From a virus (taxonomy: Duplodnaviria; Caudoviricetes), in IMG/VR virus record IMGVR_UViG_3300015050_001523, positions 192,001 through 256,000 of that record: a stretch of 64,000 nt of DNA. One strand, 5' to 3'. Under the pieces are notes generated by a model. The model saw only the letters and a list, made by a program, of their open reading frames with translations, searched no databases and was not told the origin of the DNA. The translations under genes were made by a program, and so were the position numbers. Shown piece by piece: positions 36,308 through 46,259 of the stretch (position 1 is the stretch's first letter; every line of letters begins with the position of its first letter).

Positions 36308-37207
36308 ATGGAAAAATTGTTAGTAAATAGGAAGCCTGTAGATGGTCCTTGGGGCGGCGGGAATTTATTTGTTCGAGCCTTATGTGAAAATGCGCCACTT
36401 TATGGCTATGAAATAACTCATAAAATAGAACCAGGCATAAAAAAAATAGTTTTAGTTGACCCGCGATATGATGAACTTGGTATCTCTGCAAAGGAAATTC
36501 TTGAATATAAAAAGAAAAATCCAAATGTAAAAGTTTTGCATAGAGTAAATGAATGTGATGCAAGAAAATCTACAAAGGACATAGATCATTTATTAAAAGA
36601 ATGTTTTGATCTAATAGATGATAAAATTGTTTTTATTTCTTCATGGCTTAAGGATTACCATTCTTTAAGTTCAGATAATCAATCTGTAATCTATAATGGA
36701 ACAAATAATAAATGGCATTATCAAAGTAATAATAAAAATAACAATCAGAAAATTAAAATTTTAGTTCATCATTGGAGCGATAATATAATGAAGAACAAAT
36801 TCACTCATAAAATTGATGAATTTGTTGGGAAAAATTCAGATAAGTATGAATTTACTTATATTGGAAGAGCGCCAGCAGGATTAAATCATACAAAAGTTAT
36901 AAACCCTTTATTTGGTCAGGAACTTGGAGAAGAATTAAGAAAACATGATGTCTATATTAATAGTTCTTTATGGGATCCTGCTCCAAATTCCATAACAGAA
37001 GCATTGGCAGTAAATTTACCAACTTATGTATACAAGGATGCTGGTGGGGCTTGTGAAATGGTTGGAGAAGACCATGTTTATTCTAGTTGGGAAGATTTAG
37101 AGTCATTGCTTCTTGGCAGAATTTTTGAAAAAAATAAAAATGCCATACAAATAAATGATTGGTCAAAACAAATAGAAAGTTATTTTGAAATTCTAGATGC
37201 ATTATGA
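36308..37207 (+). CDS. Glycosyltransferase GT4-like
   Basis: GPWGGGNLF, VIYNG, WDPAPNSITEALA. Confidence 0.85.
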   Translation: MEKLLVNRKPVDGPWGGGNLFVRALCENAPLYGYEITHKIEPGIKKIVLVDPRYDELGISAKEILEYKKKNPNVKVLHRVNECDARKSTKDIDHLLKECFDLIDDKIVFISSWLKDYHSLSSDNQSVIYNGTNNKWHYQSNNKNNNQKIKILVHHWSDNIMKNKFTHKIDEFVGKNSDKYEFTYIGRAPAGLNHTKVINPLFGQELGEELRKHDVYINSSLWDPAPNSITEALAVNLPTYVYKDAGGACEMVGEDHVYSSWEDLESLLLGRIFEKNKNAIQINDWSKQIESYFEILDAL

Positions 37208-37938
37208 AAGGTGCGATTATAGGAACTGGATATTGGGGAAAGAAATTATATAAATTTTTCCCCAAAGAAAGTATTATTGGCTATATTAATAATGGAAATT
37301 CTTTAATTCCCGAATTAAACAAAATCTCTTTTGAAGAGGCATTAGATAAAGTTGATTATTTTATAATAAGTTGCCCAATAGAGCATTTGTCAAAATACGG
37401 AATAATGGCACTTGAAAATAATAAACATATATTTATAGAGAAACCAGGTTCAATTGATATTGACGATCTTCAAAAGATGATTGATTTATCAAAAAAAAAT
37501 AATTTGGTTTCCTTAGTAAATTATAAATTTATAAAAGATTCAAACATTCAAAAAATAAATAATTCTTCTATAATCAGTTTAGAATGGAATAAATATGGTT
37601 CATTTAATAATGATATTAAGTTAAACTTATTGACTCATCATCTAGCTGTATTTATATTTATTTATGGAATAAACAATATTGGTGTTTTTGCACAAGAAGA
37701 TAAATTAACTTGTGAATTTGGAAAGATTGCAATATCCAAAATTGACAGAACAATTAAAGATAAAGATAATCATTTTCATAGAATTTATAATAATGGAAAA
37801 TACCATCATATGGATTCTGATGATGTTCTTATGGCTAAGCAAGTATATGACTTTTTTAATTCAATAAAATTAGGAAAGTCACCTGAATGCGATCTTTGTT
37901 TGAGTTTGGATGTATTGAGATTAATTTATGAAATATAA
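37204..37938 (+). CDS. Gfo/Idh/MocA-family oxidoreductase
   Basis: GAIIGTGYWG; KHIFIEKP. Confidence 0.85.
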   Translation: MKGAIIGTGYWGKKLYKFFPKESIIGYINNGNSLIPELNKISFEEALDKVDYFIISCPIEHLSKYGIMALENNKHIFIEKPGSIDIDDLQKMIDLSKKNNLVSLVNYKFIKDSNIQKINNSSIISLEWNKYGSFNNDIKLNLLTHHLAVFIFIYGINNIGVFAQEDKLTCEFGKIAISKIDRTIKDKDNHFHRIYNNGKYHHMDSDDVLMAKQVYDFFNSIKLGKSPECDLCLSLDVLRLIYEI

Positions 37939-38974
37939 AATAGCTGTTATAGGTGGTGGAATATTCGGAATAACATCTGCTTTATTTCTAGATCAAAAAG
38001 GTCATGATGTTTATTTATTTGAAAAAAATGAATCGTTACTAACAGAAGCCTCATTTGGTAATCAGTTTAGATTGCATAGAGGCTATCATTATCCAAGAAG
38101 TCCAAAAACTGTTTCTAATTTATTAAAAAGCTCAATTGAATTTGAAAAATTTTATGACTTAGCAATAAAAAAAGATTGCGAACATTATTATTGTATTGCA
38201 AGTTCAAATAGTCTTATAACTCCAAATAATTATTTGAAATTTTGTGATGAAAATAATCTTGAATATGAAATTGTAAAAAATGCTGATTTTGTAAAAAATG
38301 TTGATTTAACTATTAAAGTTAAAGAAAACTTAATAGATTATCAAATTTTAAAATTATTATGTTATAAAAAAATAACATCTTCACAAATAAAAACTAGATT
38401 TAATACTAGATTTAAAAAATCAAATATTCTAGATTTTGATATTGTTGTTAATTGCTCTTATAAAGATATAAATTTTATTTCAGAATCAGTTAAGAACTAT
38501 CAATATGAGTTATGTGAAAAGATAATGGTAAAAGTGCCTGACTCTTTATCTAATAAGAGCATTGTTATTATGGATGGCCCATTTATGTGTATTGATCCAT
38601 TCGCAAAACCTAATTTTTCTCTTTTGGGAAATGTTGTTCATGCAATTCATTCATCAAATACTGGGGTGCAAGCTATTATTCCTAATGAATATGAAAAATA
38701 TTTGCAAAATATAGAATATTCTGAATCGATAAAAATCGATAAAAAATCAAACTTTGATAAATTTATTGAAACAGGTAAAGTTTACATCCCAGATATGGAA
38801 AAAATAGAATATATAGGTTCGAAAATGGTAGTTAGGGCTGTACTTCCAAATGTTGAAAAAACTGATGAAAGACCAACAATTGTAACAATGAAAGATAATA
38901 TTATTGATGTTTTTTCTGGTAAGATCGATACTTGTATCTCGGCTGCAAGGTCCGTAATTTCATATTTAGAGTAA
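37928..38974 (+). CDS. FAD-dependent oxidoreductase (DAO-like)
   Basis: IAVIGGGIFG..FEK..ASFGNQFRLHRGYHYPRS. Confidence 0.88.
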   Translation: MKYKIAVIGGGIFGITSALFLDQKGHDVYLFEKNESLLTEASFGNQFRLHRGYHYPRSPKTVSNLLKSSIEFEKFYDLAIKKDCEHYYCIASSNSLITPNNYLKFCDENNLEYEIVKNADFVKNVDLTIKVKENLIDYQILKLLCYKKITSSQIKTRFNTRFKKSNILDFDIVVNCSYKDINFISESVKNYQYELCEKIMVKVPDSLSNKSIVIMDGPFMCIDPFAKPNFSLLGNVVHAIHSSNTGVQAIIPNEYEKYLQNIEYSESIKIDKKSNFDKFIETGKVYIPDMEKIEYIGSKMVVRAVLPNVEKTDERPTIVTMKDNIIDVFSGKIDTCISAARSVISYLE

Positions 38975-39028
38975 ATTTTGTGATGATCTATAGTAAGTTA
39001 TACAGTTAGAGATGGAGCCTTCTAAGTT

Positions 39029-39955
39029 ATGAAAGTATATGTTCATGGACCTAATGAAAATTGGATAGTAGATCGATTTACTGATGAGTTTAGAACTTAT
39101 TGCTCAGATATTTCAGTAAATAATCCATATGATGCAGACATAATTTGGCTTATTGCAGATTGGTGTTACAACCAACTGCCATATGATTTATTAAAAAAGA
39201 AAAAGGTTTTTACTACAAATTTTCATATTGTTCCTGAAAAGTTCAATTCAAATTCTAGAATAGACTTCATGAAAAGAGATGTGATAACTGATCTTTATCA
39301 TTCATCCTGTAATAAAACAGAAGAATATTTGAGAGATGTTGGAGCAACAAAGCCCATTTGGACAGGACTAACTTGGGTTAATGGAAGTTTGTGGAAAAAG
39401 CTTGAGAATAAAAAAGAAATAAGAAGAGGATTTGGAATTCATGATGATGAATTTGTTATTGGTAGTTTTCAAAGGGATACAGAAGGTCATGATTTAAAAA
39501 GTCCAAAATTGGAAAAAGGACCAGATATCTTTTGCGACTATGTTGAAAAGGTCGCAAAAGATAAAAAAGTTGTTGTTCTTTTGGGTGGGTGGAGACGCGA
39601 ATATGTGATCAATCGACTAAACAATTCCAATATTCGCTTTATATTTTTAAAACTTCCAAATTTTGAAACATTAAATAAAATGTACAATGCTCTTGATTTA
39701 TATGTTGTTGGTTCTCGTTATGAAGGTGGTCCACAATCTATTTTGGAGTGTGCTGCAATAGAAACTCCAATCATTTCAACGGATGTTGGTGTAGCTTCTC
39801 ATATACTGAGCAATGAAAGCATTTCAAAAGAAATAAGTGCAGAATCTCTTTTGAAATGCTTGCCAAATATAGATTATGCAAAAAAGAAAGTTCAAGAATT
39901 ATTAATCCCTCAAGGATTTAATATTTTTAGAGAAAAATTGAAAGAATTATTATGA
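39029..39955 (+). CDS. Glycosyltransferase GT4-like
   Basis: IGSFQRD..EKGPD; SRYEGGPQSILECAA. Confidence 0.88.
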   Translation: MKVYVHGPNENWIVDRFTDEFRTYCSDISVNNPYDADIIWLIADWCYNQLPYDLLKKKKVFTTNFHIVPEKFNSNSRIDFMKRDVITDLYHSSCNKTEEYLRDVGATKPIWTGLTWVNGSLWKKLENKKEIRRGFGIHDDEFVIGSFQRDTEGHDLKSPKLEKGPDIFCDYVEKVAKDKKVVVLLGGWRREYVINRLNNSNIRFIFLKLPNFETLNKMYNALDLYVVGSRYEGGPQSILECAAIETPIISTDVGVASHILSNESISKEISAESLLKCLPNIDYAKKKVQELLIPQGFNIFREKLKELL

Positions 39956-41001
39956 AAAAAAAATGTTTAATAACGGGGATATCAGGGCAAGATGGTGCTT
40001 ATCTATCGAAGATCTTGCTTGAAAAAGGATATGAAGTGTATGGGGCAGAAAGACGCAGTGCTTCAAGTGAGCATTGGAGATTGAAAGAGCTAGGGATTCT
40101 TGACAAAATTAAAATGGTGCCCTTTGAGTTGCTTGAACATAGCAATATAATAAAAACATTAGAAAACATCATGCCAGACGAGATTTACAATCTTGCAGCC
40201 ATGAGCTTTGTTGGTACTTCTTTCGATCAACCAATTTTTACATGCGATGTAAATGGACTTGGTGTTGTTCGGTTGCTTGAGTCCATAAAAATGATTTGCC
40301 CTAAAGCAAAATTTTATCAAGCAAGCACTTCTGAAATGTTTGGTTCGTCATATTTTATTGGAGAAAATTATGGAAAACGATATCATTATCAAAATGAAGC
40401 AACACCATTTCATCCAAGAAGTCCATATGGCTGCGCAAAACTTCTTGCTCATTCTATGGTTGTAAATTATAGAGAAGCATATGGAATATTTGCTTGTTCA
40501 GGAATATTATTTAATCATGAAAGTCCTTTTCGTGGAGATGAATTTGTAACAAAGAAAATTACAAAAACTTTGGCCAAAATTCAGAATGGAGAAGATATTG
40601 TTCTTGAATTGGGGAATATTCATGCAAGAAGAGATTGGGGACATGCTGAAGATTATTGTCTTGGAATGTGGCTTATGTTGCAACAAGATAAACCTGATGA
40701 TTTTGTGCTTTCATCAGGAGAAACAAGAAGCGTTAAAGAATTTATAAATGTAGCTGCAAAATATTTAAATTGGAATATCCGATGGGATGGAGAAGGACTT
40801 GATGAAAAAGCCTTTCTTGTAAAAGATGATAAAGAAAAGCTAATTGTAAAAATAAATAAAGATTTTTATAGGCCATCAGATGTAGAGTATCTTTGTGGTA
40901 GTTCTGAAAAGGCAAAAAAATATTTGAATTGGGTTCCAAAATATTCTTTTGAAGATTTAGTTAGCTCAATGATTGATTACGATCTGATTTGCAGTGTATA
41001 A
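39952..41001 (+). CDS. gmd: GDP-mannose 4,6-dehydratase
   Basis: ITGISGQDGAYL, YNLAAMSFV, YQASTSEMFG, PRSPYGCAK, GILFNHESP, RDWGHAEDY. Confidence 0.96.
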   Translation: MKKKCLITGISGQDGAYLSKILLEKGYEVYGAERRSASSEHWRLKELGILDKIKMVPFELLEHSNIIKTLENIMPDEIYNLAAMSFVGTSFDQPIFTCDVNGLGVVRLLESIKMICPKAKFYQASTSEMFGSSYFIGENYGKRYHYQNEATPFHPRSPYGCAKLLAHSMVVNYREAYGIFACSGILFNHESPFRGDEFVTKKITKTLAKIQNGEDIVLELGNIHARRDWGHAEDYCLGMWLMLQQDKPDDFVLSSGETRSVKEFINVAAKYLNWNIRWDGEGLDEKAFLVKDDKEKLIVKINKDFYRPSDVEYLCGSSEKAKKYLNWVPKYSFEDLVSSMIDYDLICSV

Positions 41002-41016
41002 AGATGTAAAATAAAA

Positions 41017-41595
41017 ATGAAAATACCGGACAAATATACACATAAAGCAACAATAACAAATAAATTAAGAGAAGATTTAATTAATTTATCTAAAGAGATT
41101 GATAATAATTCATATCTTGAAATTGGCTTTGATAAAGGATTTACTATAGCATCTTTGGTTCCATATTTTAAATCAATCTATGGAATAGATATAAACAAAG
41201 ATAGGCATAATGAAGCAAATATTTTATTGTCAGAAAATAAGAATATAACTCTTATTTATGGAGACTCAACCAGTATTCCATTAGGTAGTTATAGTGTTAT
41301 TTTAATTGACGCAAATCATAGTTATAAAAATGTTTTGTTTGATACATATAACATTTTAGTAAAAAATATCAATGAAGAACCTTTTGCAATTGTTTATCAT
41401 GATTATGGACTTGTTGAAGCAGGAGTTAAGAAGTTTTGCGATCAATATTTTTTAGACTTTATGAAACCTGTAGGAGAAAAGTCTGGATGGAATCCTTTAG
41501 GCGGGAAAACAAATGATCAAGAAGCCATGGTTTGTGTATTTGATGCAGACCTAAAAGAAAAATATTTAGATATTTTTAAAGGAGTTTTAGAATGA
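41017..41595 (+). CDS. Class I SAM methyltransferase (Methyltransf_24-like)
   Basis: YLEIG..GID..GDS..LIDANHSY..YHDY. Confidence 0.82.
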   Translation: MKIPDKYTHKATITNKLREDLINLSKEIDNNSYLEIGFDKGFTIASLVPYFKSIYGIDINKDRHNEANILLSENKNITLIYGDSTSIPLGSYSVILIDANHSYKNVLFDTYNILVKNINEEPFAIVYHDYGLVEAGVKKFCDQYFLDFMKPVGEKSGWNPLGGKTNDQEAMVCVFDADLKEKYLDIFKGVLE

Positions 41596-42134
41596 CGTAC
41601 ATTGATTTGAATTCTATGTCAATAACAAATAAATTAAAAGATGATTTAATTAAATTTTCAAAAGGGTTTAAAAAGGCGTCTTTTCTTCAATTAGGGTTTG
41701 ATGAAAATTTTATTATATTGGATTTGGCTACACATTTTAAATCTTTGTATGGAATTGATGACAGTCAAGATTTATACAATCAAGGCACAAATATTATTAA
41801 TAAAAACAAAACAAAAAATATTATGATTTTTTGTGGAAATTCTACAAGAATTCCATTAAATCGATATGATGTTGTGCTTATAAATTCATCAAAAAGTGTA
41901 ATGACAGACACAATAAATGTATTTTCAAAAAACTTTAATAATGATCCATTTTTAATCATTTATAATGGATATAACTTTACAAATGATGTTAAGGTTTTCT
42001 GCGATGAGAACTTTAAAAATTTTATGATTCCTGTTGGAATAACAGATTCATCAGGACCTGAAGCTGTTGCTTGTGCATTTAATGGAGATACAAAGAAAAA
42101 ATATTTAAATTTGCTCAAAGAAAAAAACATATAA
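41592..42134 (+). CDS. Degenerate paralogue of the preceding methyltransferase
   Basis: Colinear (ITNKL.DDLI, FKS.YGID, IPL..Y), but LQLG, INSSK and YNGY replace the conserved motifs. Confidence 0.7.
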   Translation: MTYIDLNSMSITNKLKDDLIKFSKGFKKASFLQLGFDENFIILDLATHFKSLYGIDDSQDLYNQGTNIINKNKTKNIMIFCGNSTRIPLNRYDVVLINSSKSVMTDTINVFSKNFNNDPFLIIYNGYNFTNDVKVFCDENFKNFMIPVGITDSSGPEAVACAFNGDTKKKYLNLLKEKNI

Positions 42135-42143
42135 GGAAAAAAC

Positions 42144-43031
42144 ATGAAGGATATTATTGGAATAATAGGGCAGGGATTTGTAGGAAGTGCATTACGCAAA
42201 GGGATGGAAAAAACATGTGCAACATATGTTTATGATAAATTCAAAACAGAGTTACTTCAAAATGTTTCTGAAGTAGTAAACATGTTGCACCACCCAGAAT
42301 TAAAAGAAAAAGACAAAATAGTATTTGTATGTGTTCCAACTCCAATGTTTTCAAATGGAAAATGTGACATTTCAATTGTAGAGTCTGTTGTTAAAGAAAT
42401 TGATGAAGCTTCTTCTAAATTTAAACAAAAAACAATTGTTGTAATAAAGTCAACAATTCCGCCTGGAACTACAGAATATTTAGATAATGCCTTTGATAAT
42501 GTTAGTGTGATCTTTAATCCTGAATTTTTGAGAGAAGCTTCTCCTTTTGAAGATTTTATAAATCAAAATAGAATAATCCTTGGTGGAAAATTATCAACAA
42601 TTAAAAAAGTTGCAAATCTTTATCGTAATAGATTTCCAAATGTTCCAATTATTGGAATGGAATCAAAAGAAGCAGAAATGGTAAAGTATGTAACAAATTG
42701 CTTTCTTGCTACAAAAGTTAGCTTTGCAAATGAAATATTTCAAATTTGTAAAAAAATGGACATTTCATATGAGGGAGTTATTTCAGCGGCAATATATGAC
42801 GAAAGACTTGGAAAAAGTCATTGGTCTGTACCTGGACCTGATGGTTCTTTTGGGTATGGCGGACATTGCTTTCCAAAAGATCTTAATGCATTAACTTATA
42901 TGTCTAAAATGTTAGGAATAGAGCCTGTTATGTTAGGGGCTACATGGAAAAAGAATTTAGAAGTAAGAACCCCAGAAGAAAGAGATTGGGAAAAAATGAA
43001 AGGCCGAGCTGTTTCGATAGAGGGATTATAA
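42144..43031 (+). CDS. UDP-glucose/GDP-mannose 6-dehydrogenase family, lacking the C-terminal domain
   Basis: GIIGQGFVG, FVCVPTP, IKSTIPPG, NPEFLRE, EMVKYVTN, GYGGHCFPKD. Confidence 0.9.
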   Translation: MKDIIGIIGQGFVGSALRKGMEKTCATYVYDKFKTELLQNVSEVVNMLHHPELKEKDKIVFVCVPTPMFSNGKCDISIVESVVKEIDEASSKFKQKTIVVIKSTIPPGTTEYLDNAFDNVSVIFNPEFLREASPFEDFINQNRIILGGKLSTIKKVANLYRNRFPNVPIIGMESKEAEMVKYVTNCFLATKVSFANEIFQICKKMDISYEGVISAAIYDERLGKSHWSVPGPDGSFGYGGHCFPKDLNALTYMSKMLGIEPVMLGATWKKNLEVRTPEERDWEKMKGRAVSIEGL

Positions 43032-43033
43032 AT

Positions 43034-43597
43034 ATGAGAAATGGATTAATTATTGATGAACATGGAGCCAAGAGATATTACTTAAATGACAAGCTTCATA
43101 GAGAAGACGGCCCTGCTGTTGAATGGAAAAATGGAAATAAATGGTGGTATCGCCATGGAAGACTTCATAGAGAGGATGGGCCTGCATTCGAAGAAGGTTG
43201 GGATGGATCCAAGTATTGGTATATAAATGGAGAACGTCATCGAGAAGATGGTCCTGCAATTGAATTTGCAAACGGAGTTAAGTTTTATTATTTAAATAAT
43301 ATTGAATATTCTGAAGAAGATTTTTGGGAAGAAATTAAAAAAAGAAAATCTCTTAATTTTATTCTCAAGAATTATTTCAAAACTAGAAGAACATTTAGCA
43401 ACATTTCATTTCCAATCGTTCGTCGAGTATTTAGCCAATTAATTCAAAAGGATTTTATAAGTATACAACCTATGGAGCTGCCATCAAGTATATTCTTCTT
43501 TGAATATACCTATGACAGTAATCCTTCTATAGATTCTTCAATTCAAGATAATAGTTGTGTTATAAATGAAACTGAAAACGTAAATATATGTTCTTGA
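43034..43597 (+). CDS. HREDGPA-repeat protein with a C-terminal major-capsid (gp23 Gol-region)-like segment
   Basis: Three HREDGPA repeats, SEEDFW..SLNFILKNY, then FPIVRRVFSQLIQKDFISIQPMELPS; ATG at 43034. Confidence 0.8.
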   Translation: MRNGLIIDEHGAKRYYLNDKLHREDGPAVEWKNGNKWWYRHGRLHREDGPAFEEGWDGSKYWYINGERHREDGPAIEFANGVKFYYLNNIEYSEEDFWEEIKKRKSLNFILKNYFKTRRTFSNISFPIVRRVFSQLIQKDFISIQPMELPSSIFFFEYTYDSNPSIDSSIQDNSCVINETENVNICS

Positions 43598-43647
43598 ATT
43601 CGAATGAAATGGTAAAATCTCTATTATTTTTTGTAAAATAAGTTGTA

Positions 43648-44547
43648 ATGTATAGTCTTATAAACTGTGAAATAGATCAATGTTCAGTAGAGACTTTTGA
43701 TTTATATTTAAATAATGTTTGTAAAGATATTTCTTGTGAACAATTATTATATAATAATGGAAAAGATAGATGTATAAATACAATTTCATTTTCTGAATTA
43801 AAAGATCATGTAGAGTGTTCATATCGCCATAAATTAAAATACGTTGATAAAGTCAACATGTTCGAAGAAAATGTAAATACAAACTTTGGAACAGCGTTGC
43901 ATGAGGCATGTGAAACTTACCTAAAGACAAGAGAAATGAAATATGAATTGGCTCTGGACTATATTGTTCAGGCTTGGGAAAAACATAACCTGCCTGATCT
44001 TGGAAATTGGCTTAAAGAAGCTAATGCTTTGCTTGAGGCAGTACCAGAATTTTTAGATGAGAGATTTCCTGGATGGGAATGTTTTTCTGCTGAAGAAGAT
44101 TTGTTAGAAAAAATAGAAGGAGAACATTCTTTAGATTTTACATTTAAAGGGTTCATTGATGGAGTTATCAAGTGCAATGATCAATATACAATTATTGATT
44201 GGAAAACTTCTGGGAAAGGATGGAACAAATATAAAAAAGAAGATGAAAATCTTAAAATGCAATTAGTTCTTTATGCCAAATTTTGGGGGCAAAAGCATAA
44301 TATTCCACTTTCTAAAATTAGAGTAGGATTTGTAGTTTTAAATAGAGACTTAGAGAATCCTGAAAGAATAGAGTTTTTTTCATTTCCGATTGAAGAATCT
44401 GGAGTTAAAAAAACTTTAAATATATTAAATAATTCTCTAAACATGTCAAAAAAAGGCATGTATTTTAAACCTTGGAAATATAAAATTTCGTACCAACAGG
44501 GAAGTTGCAGGTTTTGTGATTATAATGAAACTCCTCATTGTCCGTAA
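43648..44547 (+). CDS. PD-(D/E)xK nuclease, Cas4/AddB-like with Fe-S cysteines
   Basis: SFSEL..EC, FGTALHE, FKGFIDG, IIDWKT, QLVLY, CRFCDY..HCP. Confidence 0.88.
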   Translation: MYSLINCEIDQCSVETFDLYLNNVCKDISCEQLLYNNGKDRCINTISFSELKDHVECSYRHKLKYVDKVNMFEENVNTNFGTALHEACETYLKTREMKYELALDYIVQAWEKHNLPDLGNWLKEANALLEAVPEFLDERFPGWECFSAEEDLLEKIEGEHSLDFTFKGFIDGVIKCNDQYTIIDWKTSGKGWNKYKKEDENLKMQLVLYAKFWGQKHNIPLSKIRVGFVVLNRDLENPERIEFFSFPIEESGVKKTLNILNNSLNMSKKGMYFKPWKYKISYQQGSCRFCDYNETPHCP

Positions 44548-44562
44548 TAATTTAAGGAAAAT

Positions 44563-44943
44563 ATGACAGATAGAGATTTTATTTATTGGCTTCACGGATA
44601 TTTTGAAATATCTGAAAACTTAACTTTGAGTAATGAACAAATTTATATGATTAAAAAACATATAAGCCTTGTCCAAAAAGAAAGAAAAAACTTCTCAGAC
44701 CATAGCACTGTTATTGAATGGATTAATGAAAAAATACATAATTGGGATAATTTAGCTAATAATGATTTGAAATTGGCGATTGTAACTGAGATATCGAATA
44801 AACTTAATCTTGTAATGGCAAGAATTGCTATAGATTCTTTTGTTTTCCAAAGTCAACAATCTTCAGAAACCTTTTTTAAAAGCAATAAATCAATTTCTTC
44901 CAACTCTGTTGATTCGGAGATAATAACTCATATAACTTGTTAA
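44563..44943 (+). CDS. Phage hypothetical protein
   Basis: MTDRDFIYWLHGYFEI motif. Confidence 0.7.
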   Translation: MTDRDFIYWLHGYFEISENLTLSNEQIYMIKKHISLVQKERKNFSDHSTVIEWINEKIHNWDNLANNDLKLAIVTEISNKLNLVMARIAIDSFVFQSQQSSETFFKSNKSISSNSVDSEIITHITC

Positions 44944-44966
44944 TATAATAAATCTAAAGGAAAATA

Positions 44967-46244
44967 GTGAAAAAAAAGAAAATTTTATTTATCTCGGACC
45001 ACCCTCTTTCTACGTCAGGAGTCGGAACCCAGTCGCGTTACCTTATAGAAGGACTTCTACGAACAGGGAAATACCAATTTAAATGTTTAGGAGCCGCAAT
45101 TAAGCATGGCGACTATCGAATGGTAAGTGTTCCAGCAAATCCAGATGATCCAAAAAAGTGGGATGATGGAGATTGGCTAATTAGGCCAATTGATGGATTT
45201 GGAGATAAAAATTTAATGAGGCTTTTGTTGGCACAAGAAAAACCAGATGCAGTTTTTTTGTTTACTGATCCAAGGTTTTTTATGCAGCACTTTGAAATTG
45301 AAGATGAAATTCATCAAGTTTGTCCAATTGTATGGTGGCATGTTTGGGATAATGATCCTTGGCCAGCATACAATAAGCCAATTTATGATAGCATCGACCT
45401 AATCAATTGTCATAGTAATAAAACTTATGAAATGACGGTAGAGCATTATCCTGAAATTACAAACTTTATTCCACATGCTGTACCTCCTGAAATTTTTCAT
45501 CCACTAAAAGAACAAGAGATAATCAAGGCAAAAGAAAATGTATTAGGTGCTGACAAAAAGAATCATTTTGTTGCATTTTGGATAAATAGAAATGCTAGAC
45601 GAAAATTGCCTGCCGATCTTATTGAAGCATGGAGCATGTTCTTAGATCAATTAGAAAAAGAATATGGACATAGAGATGCAACATTGTTAATGCATACAGA
45701 TCCATTAGATCAAGAAGGTCCAAATTTATTTAAAATTGTTGAGCATTTTAATTTGACTAAAAATGTTGTTTTCTCAACTGAACGAATAGGATTCCCTCAA
45801 ATCAACATTATGCATAATATTGCTGATACTTGCATCAATTTTGCATATAATGAAGGTTTTGGATTGGGAACTTTGGAATCTATGATGACAGGCACTCCAA
45901 TAATTGCACTAAAGACTGGAGGCTTGACTAGACAAGTTGAAGACTATAGAGACGGAAGCCACAATGGAATAGCTCTAGAGTCTGAAATAAGAAGATTGGT
46001 TGGAAGTCAGTCTGTTCCATACATTTATGAAGATCACGTATCAAATAAGACAGTGGCAGATGCTATTATGAAGATGTATGAATTCGGACCTGAAAAAAGA
46101 AAAGAACTTGGACAAAAAGCTTTAGCATATGCTAAATTTGAGTTTAATATTGATAACACAATAAAAAATTGGGACAAAACATTATTTGAAACAATTGAAA
46201 ATTGGAAAACTAGAAGAGGCATGTGGGAATGTCAAAAGGTTTAA
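44967..46244 (+). CDS. Glycosyltransferase GT4-like
   Basis: SDHPLSTSGVG, NRNARRK, NEGFGLGTLESMMTGTPII; GTG start. Confidence 0.9.
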   Translation: MKKKKILFISDHPLSTSGVGTQSRYLIEGLLRTGKYQFKCLGAAIKHGDYRMVSVPANPDDPKKWDDGDWLIRPIDGFGDKNLMRLLLAQEKPDAVFLFTDPRFFMQHFEIEDEIHQVCPIVWWHVWDNDPWPAYNKPIYDSIDLINCHSNKTYEMTVEHYPEITNFIPHAVPPEIFHPLKEQEIIKAKENVLGADKKNHFVAFWINRNARRKLPADLIEAWSMFLDQLEKEYGHRDATLLMHTDPLDQEGPNLFKIVEHFNLTKNVVFSTERIGFPQINIMHNIADTCINFAYNEGFGLGTLESMMTGTPIIALKTGGLTRQVEDYRDGSHNGIALESEIRRLVGSQSVPYIYEDHVSNKTVADAIMKMYEFGPEKRKELGQKALAYAKFEFNIDNTIKNWDKTLFETIENWKTRRGMWECQKV

Positions 46245-46259
46245 AATAAGGGATTTATT

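Noticed and set aside
42944-43033. N-terminal extension of the 42944 ORF (likewise 11164, 11994, 14388, 30605 starts)
   Set aside because: These overlap upstream genes or precede the homologous N-terminus; downstream ATGs were chosen instead.
5464-43597. HREDGPA repeat copies as a diversity-generating retroelement (TR/VR pair)
   Set aside because: No reverse transcriptase in the window, and differences between copies involve all bases rather than only adenines.
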